A stretch of DNA of 64,000 nucleotides from Heptranchias perlo (taxonomy: Eukaryota), in NCBI RefSeq assembly GCF_035084215.1, contig NC_090326.1, positions 43,400,001 through 43,464,000 of the forward strand, read 5' to 3'. Of the stretch, positions 51,600 through 63,478 are shown one piece after another. Below the pieces are notes generated by a model. The model ran no database searches, was not told where the DNA came from, and saw only the letters and a list, made by a program, of their open reading frames with translations. Position numbers and translations under genes: made by a program. How positions within the stretch are numbered: the stretch's first letter is position 1; each line of letters opens with the position of its first letter.

Positions 51600-52900
51600 G
51601 GGTCAATGAGGGTAGTGCATTTGATGTGGTCTACATGGAGTTTAGCAAGGCTTTTGACAAGGTCCCACATGGCAGATTGGTCAGAAAAGTAAAAGCCCAT
51701 GGGATCCAAGGGAAAGTGGCAAGTTAGATCCAAAATTGGCTCAGGGGCAGGAAGCAAAGGGTAATGGTCGACAGGTGTTTTTGTGACTGGAAGGCTGTTT
51801 CCAGTGGGGTTCCACAGTGTTCAGTCCCTTGCTTTATGTGGTAGATATTAATGATTTAGACCTAAATGTAAGGGGCATGATTAAGAAGTTTGCAGATAAT
51901 ACAAAAAATGGCTATGTGGTTGATAGTGAGGAGGAAAGCTATAGACTGCTGGACAATATCAATGGACTGGGCAGGTGGGCAGAAAAGTGGCAAATGGAAT
52001 TCAATCCGGAGAAGTGTGAGGTATTGCATTTGGGGAAGGCAAACAAGGCAAGGGAATACACAATAAATGGGACGATACTGAGAGGCGTAGAGGAACAGAG
52101 GGACCTTGGAGTGCATGTCCACAGATCCCTGAAGGTAGCAGGACACATAGATAAGGTGGTTAAGAAGGCATACAGGATACTTTCCTTTACTAGCATAGAA
52201 TATAAGCGCAGAGAAGTTATGCTAGAACTGTATAAAACATTAGTTAGGCCACAGCTTGAGTACTGTTTACATTTCTGGTCACCGCATTACAGGAAAGGTG
52301 TCATTGCACTAGGGAGGGTGCAGAGGAGATTTATGAGGATGTTGCCAGGACTGGAGAATTTTAGCTATGAGAAAAGATTGGATAGGCTGGGGTTGTTTTC
52401 ATTGGAACAGAGGAGGCTGAGGGGTGATTTAATTGAGGTGTATAAAATTATGAGAGGCCTAGGTAGAGTGGATAGGGAGGACCTATTCCTCTTAGCAGAG
52501 GGGTCAATGACCAGGGGACATAGATTTAAAGTAATTAGTGGAAGGATTAGAGGGGAGCTGAGGAGAATTTTTTTCACCCAAAGGGTGGTGGGGGTCTGGA
52601 ACTCTCTGCCTGAAAGGGTGGTAGAGGCAGAAACCTGCAACTCATTAAAAAAGTACTTGGATGTGCACTTGAAGTGCCGTAACTTACAGAGCTGCGGACC
52701 AAGTGCTGGAAAGTGGGATTAAGCTGGATAGCTCATAGAAACATCGAAACATAGAAAATAGGAGCAGGAGTAGGCCATTCGGCCCTTCGAGCCTGCTCCG
52801 CCATTCAATATGATCATGGCTGATCCGGCTCTTTTTCGGCCAGCGCGGACACGTTGGGCCGAATGGCCTCCTTCTGTGCCGTAATGTTCTATGATTCTAT
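51600..52900 (+). mobile_element. CR1 LINE 3' half with antisense CR1 tail insert at ~52734-52826
   Basis: 301-aa ORF remnant 51817-52722 (KFADNTK, WQMEFNPEKCEVLH, LYKTLVRPQLEYC, FFTQRVVGVWNSLP). Confidence 0.92.
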
Positions 52901-53534
52901 GATAATATGCATTTTTAATAAGTGTCCAATCCTCCACCTGTGAGTAACCTGATTTGGAATCACTGAAAATGACTTTTAAAAACTATACTGAACCATTTAC
53001 TAGTTTCATTGGTGTACATTAGTCAGTTTCTTAGTAAATTAATTATTTTTTGTTATGTAAAAATGTTTAAAACATGCCCATTAGTGCCTGTGCACCTAAG
53101 AAAATGAGCCCAATTTGAAGAGCCTTCCCGAACCAGCACAATTGGCAGAATCTCACAATTTCGACCTGGGGGCGTGACCAGCTTTGTGGGCGGAGCCTGA
53201 TCCAGGCGAATTGAATCTTGAACCAGTAAAACATCGCGGCAAACACGCGGTAAGTGGTTTTGGACGTAACCCACTTACATTTTAGATTCCCCGAACTTTT
53301 GTGCTGATTCAGCCGATTCCGCCCAGATTGCGCTGATATTACTGGCGTAAACAAGCAGAAACTCAACCCCCAAGTTATTTCTTCCTTTCGTTTTCATTGA
53401 ATTCAATGGAAGTGAAAACTCGGGCAGTTTCTATAATGAGCAGCCAATCCGCAACGCTGGTTCTACGTCCAGGCGGTAAATTGAAAATCTACCCAATTGT
53501 GTTTCAGAAATCCAGGCAACTAAACAAAACGTTG

Positions 53535-55160
53535 TCAGCCATGGCTCGGTGCTAGCACTCCTGCCTCTGAGTCAGAAGGTTGTGGGTTCAAGTCCCACTG
53601 CAGAAACTTGAGCACAAAAATCTAGACTGACACTCCAGTGCAGTACTGCCATTGTCTTTGGTCCCCATGCAAACTCTGTTCCCTAGCCACTGACTCCATC
53701 CCTCTCCCTGGTCATTGTCTGAGTCTGAACCAGACTGTTTGCAACCTTGGCATCCTGTTTGACCCTAAGATGAGCTTCCGACCACATATCCACTCCATCA
53801 CCAAGATCGCCTACTTCCACCTCCCTAATATTGCCCGTCTCCTCCCCTGCCTCAGCTCATCTGCTGCTGATACCCTCATCCATGCTTTTGTTACCTCCAA
53901 ACTGGACTATTCCAATGCTCTCCTGGCCGGCCTCCCATCTTCCACCCTCATAAACTTGAGCTCATCCAAAACTCTGCTGCCTGTATCCTAACTCGCACCA
54001 AGTCCCATTCCCCCATCACCTCTGTGCTCGCTGACCCACAATGGCTCCCAGTCCGGGAACACCTCAGTTTTAAAATTCTCATCCTTGTTTTCAAATCCCT
54101 CCTTGACCTCGCCCCTCCATATCTCTGTCACCTCCTCCAGCCCTACAACCCTCCGAGATCTCTGTGCTCCTCCAATTCTTGCCTCTTGTGCATCCCTAGT
54201 TTTAGTCGCTCCACCATTGGCGGCCATTCCTTCAACTGCCTAGGTCCTAAGCTCTGGAATTCCCTCCTTAAACCTCTCCACCTCTCTATCTCTCTCTCCT
54301 CCTTTAAGACCTCCTTAAAACCTACCTCTTTGACCAAGCTTTTGGTCACCTGTCCTAATATCTCCTTATGTGGAGAAGACACAGACTAGGCGAGCAAGCC
54401 TAAACCAAAGGGGGAGAGACAGCACAGCTTGAAGAGAAAGATTCGGAATAAGAATGAAGAATCTGGGGCGTGGAGCCAGAGCAAAGACTCCGGAGACCGA
54501 CCATCGCGGAAGGTCTGTGTCTTCTCCTCATTGGCTCTGTCCCAAGGACTTAGGTAGCATTACCTCATTACTCCTTTTCTAAATAAGGACTTGTGTCTTA
54601 TCACATCTCCTTTGTCTTTCACAAAACTTAGCTAATTCAAACCGGTTCCAGCCAGCTCAGACCAGCGACTGAACTCAGGTTACTTCAGTTCAAAAGTTAC
54701 TCTTGCCTGTGTGTCAGCAGCTGGAAATTTCAGGTTACTGCAGCCCCTGGCCAACAGTTAGACACTCTCTTGTTGGAGATGGTCATTGCCTGGCACTTGT
54801 CTGGCGTGACAAGTTGTTGTTGTTGGTGGTGATGCTGCCGCCTTTCAGATGAGACCTTAAACCAAGGCCCATCTTCCCTCTCAGGTGGATGTAAAAGATC
54901 CCATGGCACTATTTCGAAGAAGAGCAGGGGAGTTCTCCCCGCTGTCCTGGCCAATATTTAACCCTCAACCAACATCACTAAAAGCAGATAATCTGGTCAT
55001 TTATTTTATTGCTGATTGTGAGACCTTGCTGTGCCCAAATTGGCTGCCGTATTTCCTACATCACAACAGTGACTACACTTCAAAGATACTTTATTAGCTG
55101 TAAAGCGCTTTGGGATGTCCTGAAGTCGTGAAAGGCAATATATAAATGCTAGTCTTATTT
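53535..55160 (+). mobile_element. DeuSINE split by insertions (head 53535-53648; Deu core and tail ~54833-55160)
   Basis: Head with B box gggttcaagtccc; core gatgagaccttaaacc..aaagatcccatggcactatt; L2-like tail. Confidence 0.8.
53649..54371 (+). mobile_element. L2-type LINE 3' part
   Basis: LIHAFVTSKLDYSNALLAGLP, LSFKILILVFKSL, GPKLWNSL. Confidence 0.9.
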
Positions 55161-55527
55161 TCTTTATAAGATGATAGCCAGTTTTTATTTTGCTTACATT
55201 GACTGGTCACAAGTGTTAAAAGCTTCATCCACAGGTTAACACAAATTCCTTAGTTAGATATTGACCTATTTAATAAATCACTGCGGCTTGGAAAGGAAAT
55301 TAAGAATTTGGTTTTAAATGTCGAGTCTAAAACTCTTTTATCAGAAATTCTGACCTAATAGAATCAATGTGAAGTGCACTGCAATAAACAGAAAAGTTAT
55401 GCTCATCCCAGGTTAGGATGAAGGGCTTCATCTTATCACAGCTGATGTTAAAGGGCCTCTGTCTTTGTGAAAAGTATTCAGCAATTCTTTTGTTGCTTGT
55501 TTACAAACACACAATACAACATAAATC

Positions 55528-56275
55528 TCAGGTGAAACAGCGATTTGTTTGGACTTCTTTCAATTTAGTATACTGTATTCTCTGCTCACAATGTGGTCTC
55601 CTTTACACTGGGGAGACCAAACACAGATTGGGTGATCGCTTTGCTGAACACTTCTGCTCAGTCCGCAAGCGTGACCCTGATCTTCTGGTCACTTGCCATT
55701 TTAACTCTCTATCCCACTGCTACTCTGACCTCTCTGTCCTCAGCCTCCTACACTTCCAATGAAACTCAACGGAAGCTCGAGGAACAGCACCTCATCTTTC
55801 AATTAGGCACTTTACAACCTTCTGGACTCAATAATGATTTCAGTAACTTCAGATCATAACTGCTGCTTCCATTTTTCCCGACAGCAGGTGCTGGTAATGG
55901 TTCTGCTGTTGCCATTTACAGCTCCTCTAAACCGATCTTTTTTTTCTTAACTTGTCCCATTACCACCCTCCTTGCTTTACACCATCGTCCCATTTGTCAT
56001 TTAATCACTCCTGCCTCCACCCTAACACCAGACCTTCCCTTTTGTTCTTTCCTCCCCTCCCCTTCCTTCCCTCCCCCACCCCCACCCCTTTTGCCTGGCT
56101 CCGTACCTGCTTAAAACTGTAAAACCTTTAACTTCTTCCAATTCTGACGAGAGGTCATCGACCTGAAACGTTAACTCTGTTTCTTTCGCCACAGATGCTG
56201 CATGACTTGCTGAGTATTGCCAGCATTTTCTGTTTTTATTTCAGATTTCCAGCATCCACAGTATTTTGCTTTTGA
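55528..56275 (+). mobile_element. Penelope-like element 3' end (GIY-YIG endonuclease + pLTR)
   Basis: NLVYCILCSQCGLLYTGETKHRLGDRFAEH...RKLEEQHLIFQLGTLQPSGLN; downstream hammerhead-like core at 56144-56173. Confidence 0.88.
56140..56178 (+). ncRNA. Minimal hammerhead motif (stem I weakened)
   Basis: CUGACGA-G-AGGUC(AUC)GACCU-GAAA-C-GUU with palindrome AACGUU. Confidence 0.6.
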
Positions 56276-57049
56276 TTAAGATGCATCATGGTGTCACTTC
56301 TGTGTAATGTAATTGTGTCAAGAATAGCACACAGCTTTCTTTATCCAATCAAAAAAGTTAGTCAAACACCATTTTTTTAAGGAAAGTATCACTTTAAGTC
56401 GGCTCAACAGTGCTTAGTTACAAGGTAATATACTTAATTGTCAACATGATACAACAAATGGCAAATGTGGAGTATTTGATAGTGATTAGCATTAGCAATG
56501 TAAACTGCACTTCACTCATTTTTAAAGGACTCATAACATTGCACTATTTATGTAATGTCATCAAACCTGCATGCTCATAGTATAGGTGAATGGTTAAAAT
56601 GTTTCTATGTGATTGATATCATCCCTTAAAGATAAATTATTGGTCATATTTCAATATATTAAAACAAATTGAAAGGACGCAACTAACCCTCTTACTGACA
56701 ACTCTTCTGTGGGATTTACTCTTTATTTAAAGCTGTTCATTAAACTTTAGAGATTCACATTTGTTACAAATGCATTAAAAATTGTATGCGGATATTTGAA
56801 GAAATATGAATGGTTTTTGGATCAAAGTAGTACACGTTAAAAGTACTGGGATGCAATTATGTTAACACATGGAATGAGTGTCAGTGGTAGTTACAAGGTT
56901 AATGTGGTCTGTGCTAAAGACCTGCTTCGCAGGTTACCGACTAAGCTGAGAAGCGCATTGTGTCATAGTCAAGTGGATAAATACAAAGAGTGAGGTAGGG
57001 AGGGAATTCTGCCGTTGTTTTCCAGATGTGTCCCTGGTGGCAGAGGTTG

Positions 57050-57240
57050 TCAGTAAGTGTCTTCTCCTCCCTGCTGCTGATTGGAGTTGAATGCATTCTG
57101 TTCTCTCAAGGCATTCAGGATCAACTCCAGATTATTCACAGTTGGTCTCAGATTGTCACTACTCTTCATCTGCCTCTTCCCGAATCGGCCAATCGGTCTC
57201 ACCCCACGACCCACATACCAGAATGGGTCGATGTCGGAAT
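57050..57240 (-). CDS. PRLH2: Prolactin-releasing peptide 2 (C-RFamide) precursor, last coding exon
   Basis: aaatttacag acceptor, phase 1. Encodes (N)SDIDPFWYVGRGVRPIGRF-GKR + QMKSSDNLRP...EDTY*; the DPFWYVGRGVRPIGRF core is diagnostic of C-RFa/PrRP2. Confidence 0.96.
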
Positions 57241-57439
57241 CTGTAAATTTACACAAAATTGGTTAAAGAATGTAGTATGTAATTTTAAAAAACACAAAGT
57301 GAAACAGTTTTAAGACAGTTGTTTTCATTTTACAGAGCTCTTTGTGAAGTGTTTGGTGTTTTTCTGGGCCAAGTAGAATGACTTGAGCATATAGCCTAGG
57401 ATTGATGGCTGTTCATGGTTTTACTAAGTAATAAACACA

Positions 57440-58910
57440 CAATAGCCAGCATGGATTTGTAAAGGTTAGGTCATGCCTGACAAACCTAATTGGATTTTTT
57501 GAAAAGGTAACTAAAGCAGTGGACAGGGGAATGTCTATGGATGTTATTTATATGGACTTCCAGAAGGCATTTGATGAAGCCCCTCATAAGAGACTGTTAG
57601 CTAAAGTCAAAGCTCATGGAATTGAGGGCAAATTATTGACCTGGTTAGGAAATTAGCTGAGCAGTAGGAGACAGAGAGTAGGGATAATGGGCAGGTACTC
57701 AAATTGGCAGGATGTGATTAGTGGTGTCCCACAGGGATCTGTGTTGGGGCCTCAACTATTCACTGTATTTATTAACGACTTAGACGACGGGATAGAGAGC
57801 CACATATCCAAGTCTGCCGATGACACTAAGATAAATGTAAGGAATCTTACAACACCAGGTTATAGTCCAACAGTTTTATTTGAAAATTACAAGCTTTCGG
57901 AGGCTTTCTCCTATAACCTGGTGTTGTAAGATTCCTTACATTTGTCCACCCCAGTCCTTCACCGGCATCTCCACATCATGGCTACTATCGACAACACAAA
58001 GATAGGCAGCATCGTAAGCAATGTAGAAGGAAGCATAAAATTACAGAGAGATATTAATAGATTAAGTGAATGGGCAAAACTGTGGCAAATGGATTTCAAT
58101 GTAGGCAAGTGTTAGGTCACCCACTTTGGACCTTAAAAGGATAGATCAGAGTACTTTCTAAATGGTGAATAGCTCGAAACAGTGGAGGCCCAAAGAGACT
58201 TAGGTGGTCCATGTACATAGATCATTAAAATGTCATGAACAGGTACAGAAAATAATCAAAAAGGCTAATGGAATACTGGCCTTTATATCTAGAGGACTAG
58301 AATACAAGGGGGTAGAAGTTATGCTACAGCTATACAAAGCCCTGGTTAGACCACACCTGGACTAGTGTGTTCAGTTCTGGGCACCGCACCTTAGGAATGA
58401 TATATTGGCCTTGGAGGGAGTGCAGCGTAGATTTACTAAAATGATACCTGGACTCCAAGGGTTAAATTACGAGGAGAGATTACACAAACTAGGGTTGTAT
58501 TCCCTGGAATTTAGAAGATTAAGGGGTAATTTGGTCGAAGTTTTCAAGATATTAAGGGGAACTGATAGGGTGGATAGAGAGAAACTACTTCCACTGGTTG
58601 GGGAGTCTAGAACTAGGGGACATAGCCTAAAAATTAGAGCCAGGACTTTCAGGAGTGAAGTTAAGAAATACTTCTACATGCAAAGGGTGGTAGAAGTTTG
58701 GAACTCTCTTCTGCAAAATGCAGTTGATGCTAGGTCAATTGTTAATTTTAAATCTGAGATTGATAGATTATTGTTAATTAAAGGCAATAAGGGATATGGG
58801 GCTAAGGATATGGAGTTAGGTCATAGATCAGCCATGATTTCATTGAATGGAGGAACAGGCTTGTGTGGCTAAATGGCCGACCCCTGTTCCTATCTTCCTG
58901 TGTTCCTAAT
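57440..58910 (+). mobile_element. CR1 LINE, interrupted at ~57834-57990
   Basis: [38 protein letters not shown]; same subfamily as 5530-6293. Lies in the PRLH2 intron. Confidence 0.92.
57834..57990 (-). mobile_element. Second copy of the palindromic Penelope mini-element (loop deleted)
   Basis: Shares gtaaggaatcttacaacaccaggttatagtccaaca and the reverse complement of tgtggagatgccggtga-ggactggggtggacaaatg with 36254-36442. Imperfect TSD acactaagata / acacaaagata. Confidence 0.8.
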
Positions 58911-58996
58911 GGTAGAACTGGTTGGCATAATTGGTCAGCACACTGATATTTCACCTCTAGGACCAAGGTTCAAATCTAGTCCAAGTTAATTAAATA

Positions 58997-59865
58997 AGTT
59001 AATACTGAGGAGGACTGTGACATTAATAAACTTGCAGAATGGGTGTGTAATTGGCAAATGAATTTCAATATAGATAAATATGAGGTGGTGCATTTTGGTA
59101 GGAAGAATAAGGAGGCCACATACTGCTTGGATAATTAGAGTCTAAATGGATCTAGGGGTACAGATACACAAATCATTAAAAGTAGTGATGGAGGTTAATA
59201 AGGCCATAAAAAAAGCAAACCAGGCACTGGGGTTCCTTTCTAGAGGGATAAAATTGAAAAGCAGAGAAGTTGTGTTAAACTTGTTTAGAACCTTAGTTAG
59301 ACCACACTTGGAGTACTGTACACAGTTCTGGTCTCCATATTATAAAAAGGATATAGAGACACTGGAAAAAGTGCAAAAAAGATTCACAAGGATGATACTA
59401 GAACTGAGAGGATATACTTACCAGGTAAGGTTGAAGAGGCTGCAGCTCTTCTTTAGAAAAGAGAAGGCTGAGGGGTGATCTGATAGAGGCCTTTAAGATT
59501 ATGAAAGGGCCTGTTAGTGTAAACATGGAGAAGATGTTTTCACTTGCAGGGGAAACCAGAACAAAGGGCCATAAATATAAGATAGTCACTAATAAATCCA
59601 ATGGTGAATTCAGGAAAAATTTCTTTACCCAAAGAGTGGTTGGAATGTGGAACTCACTACCACAAGGTGTAGTTGAGGCAAATAGCATAGATGCATTTAA
59701 GGGGAAGCTAGATAAACACATGAGGGAGAAAGGAATAGAAGGATATTTTGATGGGGTTAGATGAAGAAGGGAGGGAGGAGGCTCATGTGGAGCATAAACA
59801 CTGGCATGGACCTGTTGGGCCGAATGGCTTGTTTCTGTGCTGTACATTCTTTGTAATTCTATGTA
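58997..59865 (+). mobile_element. CR1 LINE 3' part
   Basis: LFRTLVRPHLEYCTQFWSPY, FFTQRVVGMWNSLP; tail matches element A at 5319. Confidence 0.9.
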
Positions 59866-60284
59866 AGTTTCTTCTGTCTGCTGGCAATAAACATTCTCTT
59901 TGAAATGAATTTGGATGCTCTCAGCCTGATCTTACATTGCTAAGCTGCCCATAATTCAGCACTAACTGGTACTAAATAAGGATAGTTGATGTGAAATGTT
60001 GAAAAATAATTCACACTAATGTAATAGGAGAGCTCCTGAGGTTGGGGTTTAGGCATGTTGGAGGAAAGATCCCTCTGTGAGCTATGCGTAAACCCATTTT
60101 TAAAGAATGAGTTTACAATTTTGGAACACCGAGAGCACAGAGCAACCCTTCCTTCATTGTTGGGACAGAGTAACAGGAACACTATTATGGACTGTATCCA
60201 TTTAATCTTCTGAGTAAATGTTCTGCAAAGTACATCCCTGCCACCCCCACAGAAGAAAATCAATCAAAACCCTAGAATATTTAT

Positions 60285-60660
60285 CATGGAATCATTGAAT
60301 CATACAGCACAGGCCCATTGTGTCTGTGCCGGCTCTTTGAAAGAGCTATGCAATTAGTCCAACTCCCCTGCTCATTCCCCATCACCCTGCAAATTTCTCC
60401 TTTTCAAGTATGTATCCAATTTCCTTTTGAAAGTTACTATTGAATCTGCTTCCTCCATCCGTTCAAGCAGTGCATTCCAGATCATTACAACTCGCTGCGT
60501 TAAAAAAATTCTCCTCATTTCCCCCCTGGATTTTTTGGGAATTATCTTAAATCTATGTCCTCTGGTTACCGACCCTCCTGTCAATGGAAACAGTTTCTCC
60601 CTATCAACTCTATCAAAACCCCTCATAATTTTGAACATCTCCATTAAATATCCCCTTAAT
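60285..60660 (-). mobile_element. CR1 3' end
   Basis: FKIMRGFDRVDREKLFPL..TQRVVMIWNAL. Confidence 0.88.
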
Positions 60661-61723
60661 AGAGGATGTAATGTTAGATGTAACTTATCTAACATTACAT
60701 CCCACATTATACACCTTCGACCTTGACATGACTTTTCATAGTTCCAAGGAAACTATTGTGGGACTTCGGTTTATCCATTGATAAGATCAGACCATTGTAG
60801 ATATTGAAGACTATATCCGAATGAATCAAACTTGTCATTTCTCCAGAGACCTGAATATGTTAAGAACAAATCCAGAGGCCAAAAAAAAACAATTGGAGCC
60901 TAGTCATGGGGGAGTTGGAAAGCAAAATGGAAGCATTATTAGCTGTGGGCTCATTTACCCGAGAGAGACAGCAACTGTTTTTAACTATGAAGAAATAGAG
61001 TTCAATGTCAAGCTAATTCCAGCTCCTGAATATCTAAATCTAGTCTAAACAAACATTAGCTGAGCTAACTTCCCATACTGGGAAGCATAGGGCAAAAGTC
61101 AGTCAAGGTTTATTAGTGAGGTAGTGAAAACATCAAACAGCTTTTCAGAGAGTGGTGTGTGCAGAATGTCAAAAAAAGGTAGAAAAAATGTTGCGCAAAT
61201 TACTGTGTGTTAACTTAATACGGATCAGCACTGGTACTAACTGAGTCCGTTGTTATGTGGAAGAAGAAACCCATTAGCAATCTTTCAGTCAATGAAACGA
61301 CTTCCTGTCAGTTCCAATTGAATGAACCCTGAGAGGGAAATGTAACACATCATTTTATTTGTTACATAGTGTTGTGAAATATTCCACCAAGCTCCATACA
61401 AATATACCTAAATGTGTCAAATATGTGGCACATTAGTTGGTTTAGGAATGACAAATGATCCAAAATAAATATTGAACAGCTTTTCAGAGTGTTGTGTGCA
61501 GAATGTCAAATAACGGTAGAAAAATATGCTTTGAGGCTCAAATATGTATTTCCCTATATCATAGCCTAATATTTTACAGATATTAAATTTTTTAGGGGGG
61601 AAGGATGAGGACCATGACCACCACGTCTTCCTCCCCATGCCAACGTTTGGACCCTCCCTTCTCCGTTATTCATTCAGAACCAGTGAGTAGTCCCTTAATA
61701 GATTTGGGAGTAGTGGTGCTTAC

Positions 61724-61886
61724 TTCTATTGTCGATTTGATGGCTCAAACCTCTGCTCTGGGCAGTGTTGGCAATCATGGACACGAACAGCAATGCAGTG
61801 CAAATGGCCACCAGCTTCACTTTCTTCCGCTGTCCTTGCTGCTGATTCATGAGAGACCAAGGACTACAGAAGGTGCTGGTCAACAT
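61724..61886 (-). CDS. PRLH2: PRLH2 first coding exon (signal peptide + SRGLSHQIDNR)
   Basis: ATG at 61886; basic-hydrophobic signal RKKVKLVAICTALLFVSMIANTAQ; SRGLSHQIDNR resembles PrRP31-type N-termini. The a|gtaagc donor is phase 1, matching the next exon. Confidence 0.92.
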
Positions 61887-63478
61887 TGTGTGAAGATGTA
61901 AGCAAACTGAGGAAATAATAGAACATTTCAGAAAACATTAAAAAAAAAGTCCCCTTTTATTAAAAGTAGTTTAGCTTTAACAGTCATTGCAGATACATAT
62001 ATCCTGAAAATAGCTTAAAGAGGCGTCTTCACTGAGATGTGTTTGCTAAAACCACCACTGCAATTTAATGGGGTATAAGATCATCTTGGTTGGTAAGTAA
62101 AATCAGATCGGCAGCCTGTTTTGCGCTCCCCTCAATATTCTTATCTAGAATCGTGTGGAATCGGATCGGCAGCCTGTTTTGCACTCCACTCAATATTCTT
62201 ATCTAAAAACAGGCGGAGTCTGAGGCGGGCTGCTGCTATCACCTGCTTTGTGGTACCGTCCAAGTCTGATTTACACCCCAATGGTTTGATTTCATTGGGA
62301 CACTCTCTGCTGCAGTGTTAAAATGTCATGTGAGTTATGTTTGATTTTATTGTGATGAAAATGATTTATGGCCAGACCAGCTGTCGTCCCTCTCCAGCAT
62401 TGAAGGCCCTGCCTCTTTAAAAACAGTAAAATAACGAGACGGGGCCAATTTTTCCTCTGTTCCCTCTTCCTAAGCACATTGTGCATAGCACACTCGAGCT
62501 GCAAACCACTCAAAGGTACCTATTTGTGAACTGAAGTAATTACCATGGCCTTGATATTGCCCTGCTGCAGAAATGCCCCTTGGAAAGGGCATGCACCCTA
62601 AAGCAGAGGAAGGAAATCTACTCCTACTGCAGGCCCCTCAATACTTCAGCAATGGTAATGGCTACCAGTTTTGGGGTCTTTTGGCTGTTGTCCAAAAACA
62701 GGAGCCAAAGGACCTCAAGCCTTGTGATTCTCCATGCGGGACCCAGGGAAATGGAATACTTACCTGCTTGGATGCACAACTGTCAGCCTCTTCTCAGATC
62801 CTCTAATCTGAAGGGGCTGGGTACAATCTCCAAGGCCCATTTCAGCAGACACTGCTGCATTTGGGCCATTGCCAGGTGGAAACTTGAGGCGAGAGGAGTG
62901 CAGATGTCAATCCCACCTCACCAGCAGGGTATTTGAATGCTTCTTTCTGCCTGTTCCAAACAGAAGTGCTCTGCTTTCCCCCTTCTCCTTCCCCACCAGA
63001 GAAACCCCTAGAAGTACATCTAATTTGTCCTTTGGTCGTAGGCAGACCTGGGGCACAAAGCAAAGGAAAATCTGGCTATTATATCTCAATAACATTGATA
63101 ATCAGTATGTTTATATTTAAACAAACCAGTCAACATGTAAAATGCAGAATAATTGAATTTGAACCATCCTAAATTATAGCAGTTATGATTTAAAACAGTT
63201 TGCTAAAGTTGATTTTGAACTTATTGTGACTAAATGTTACAAAAGTAATCAGTTCAGTAATAATAAATTCTCAGTGTAAAGGGGCTGATATATTGGAGGC
63301 ACCACATGGAATGTACAAAGAGCCTCATTAAAAGTTTAAACAACCAATCTCTGCAATATTAATGTTTTTTGATTTCCACATTATATTTTTGAGGTTATGA
63401 TGGGATAGCTTTCCAAATAGGCATTATAGGTTGGGATTTTGCTCTGCGTGTGCATTATAGATTTAGAAACATGCATTA

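Noticed and set aside
51817-52722. 301-aa ORF as a functional reverse transcriptase
   Set aside because: 5'-truncated CR1 fragment; the catalytic ADD is mutated to ADN.
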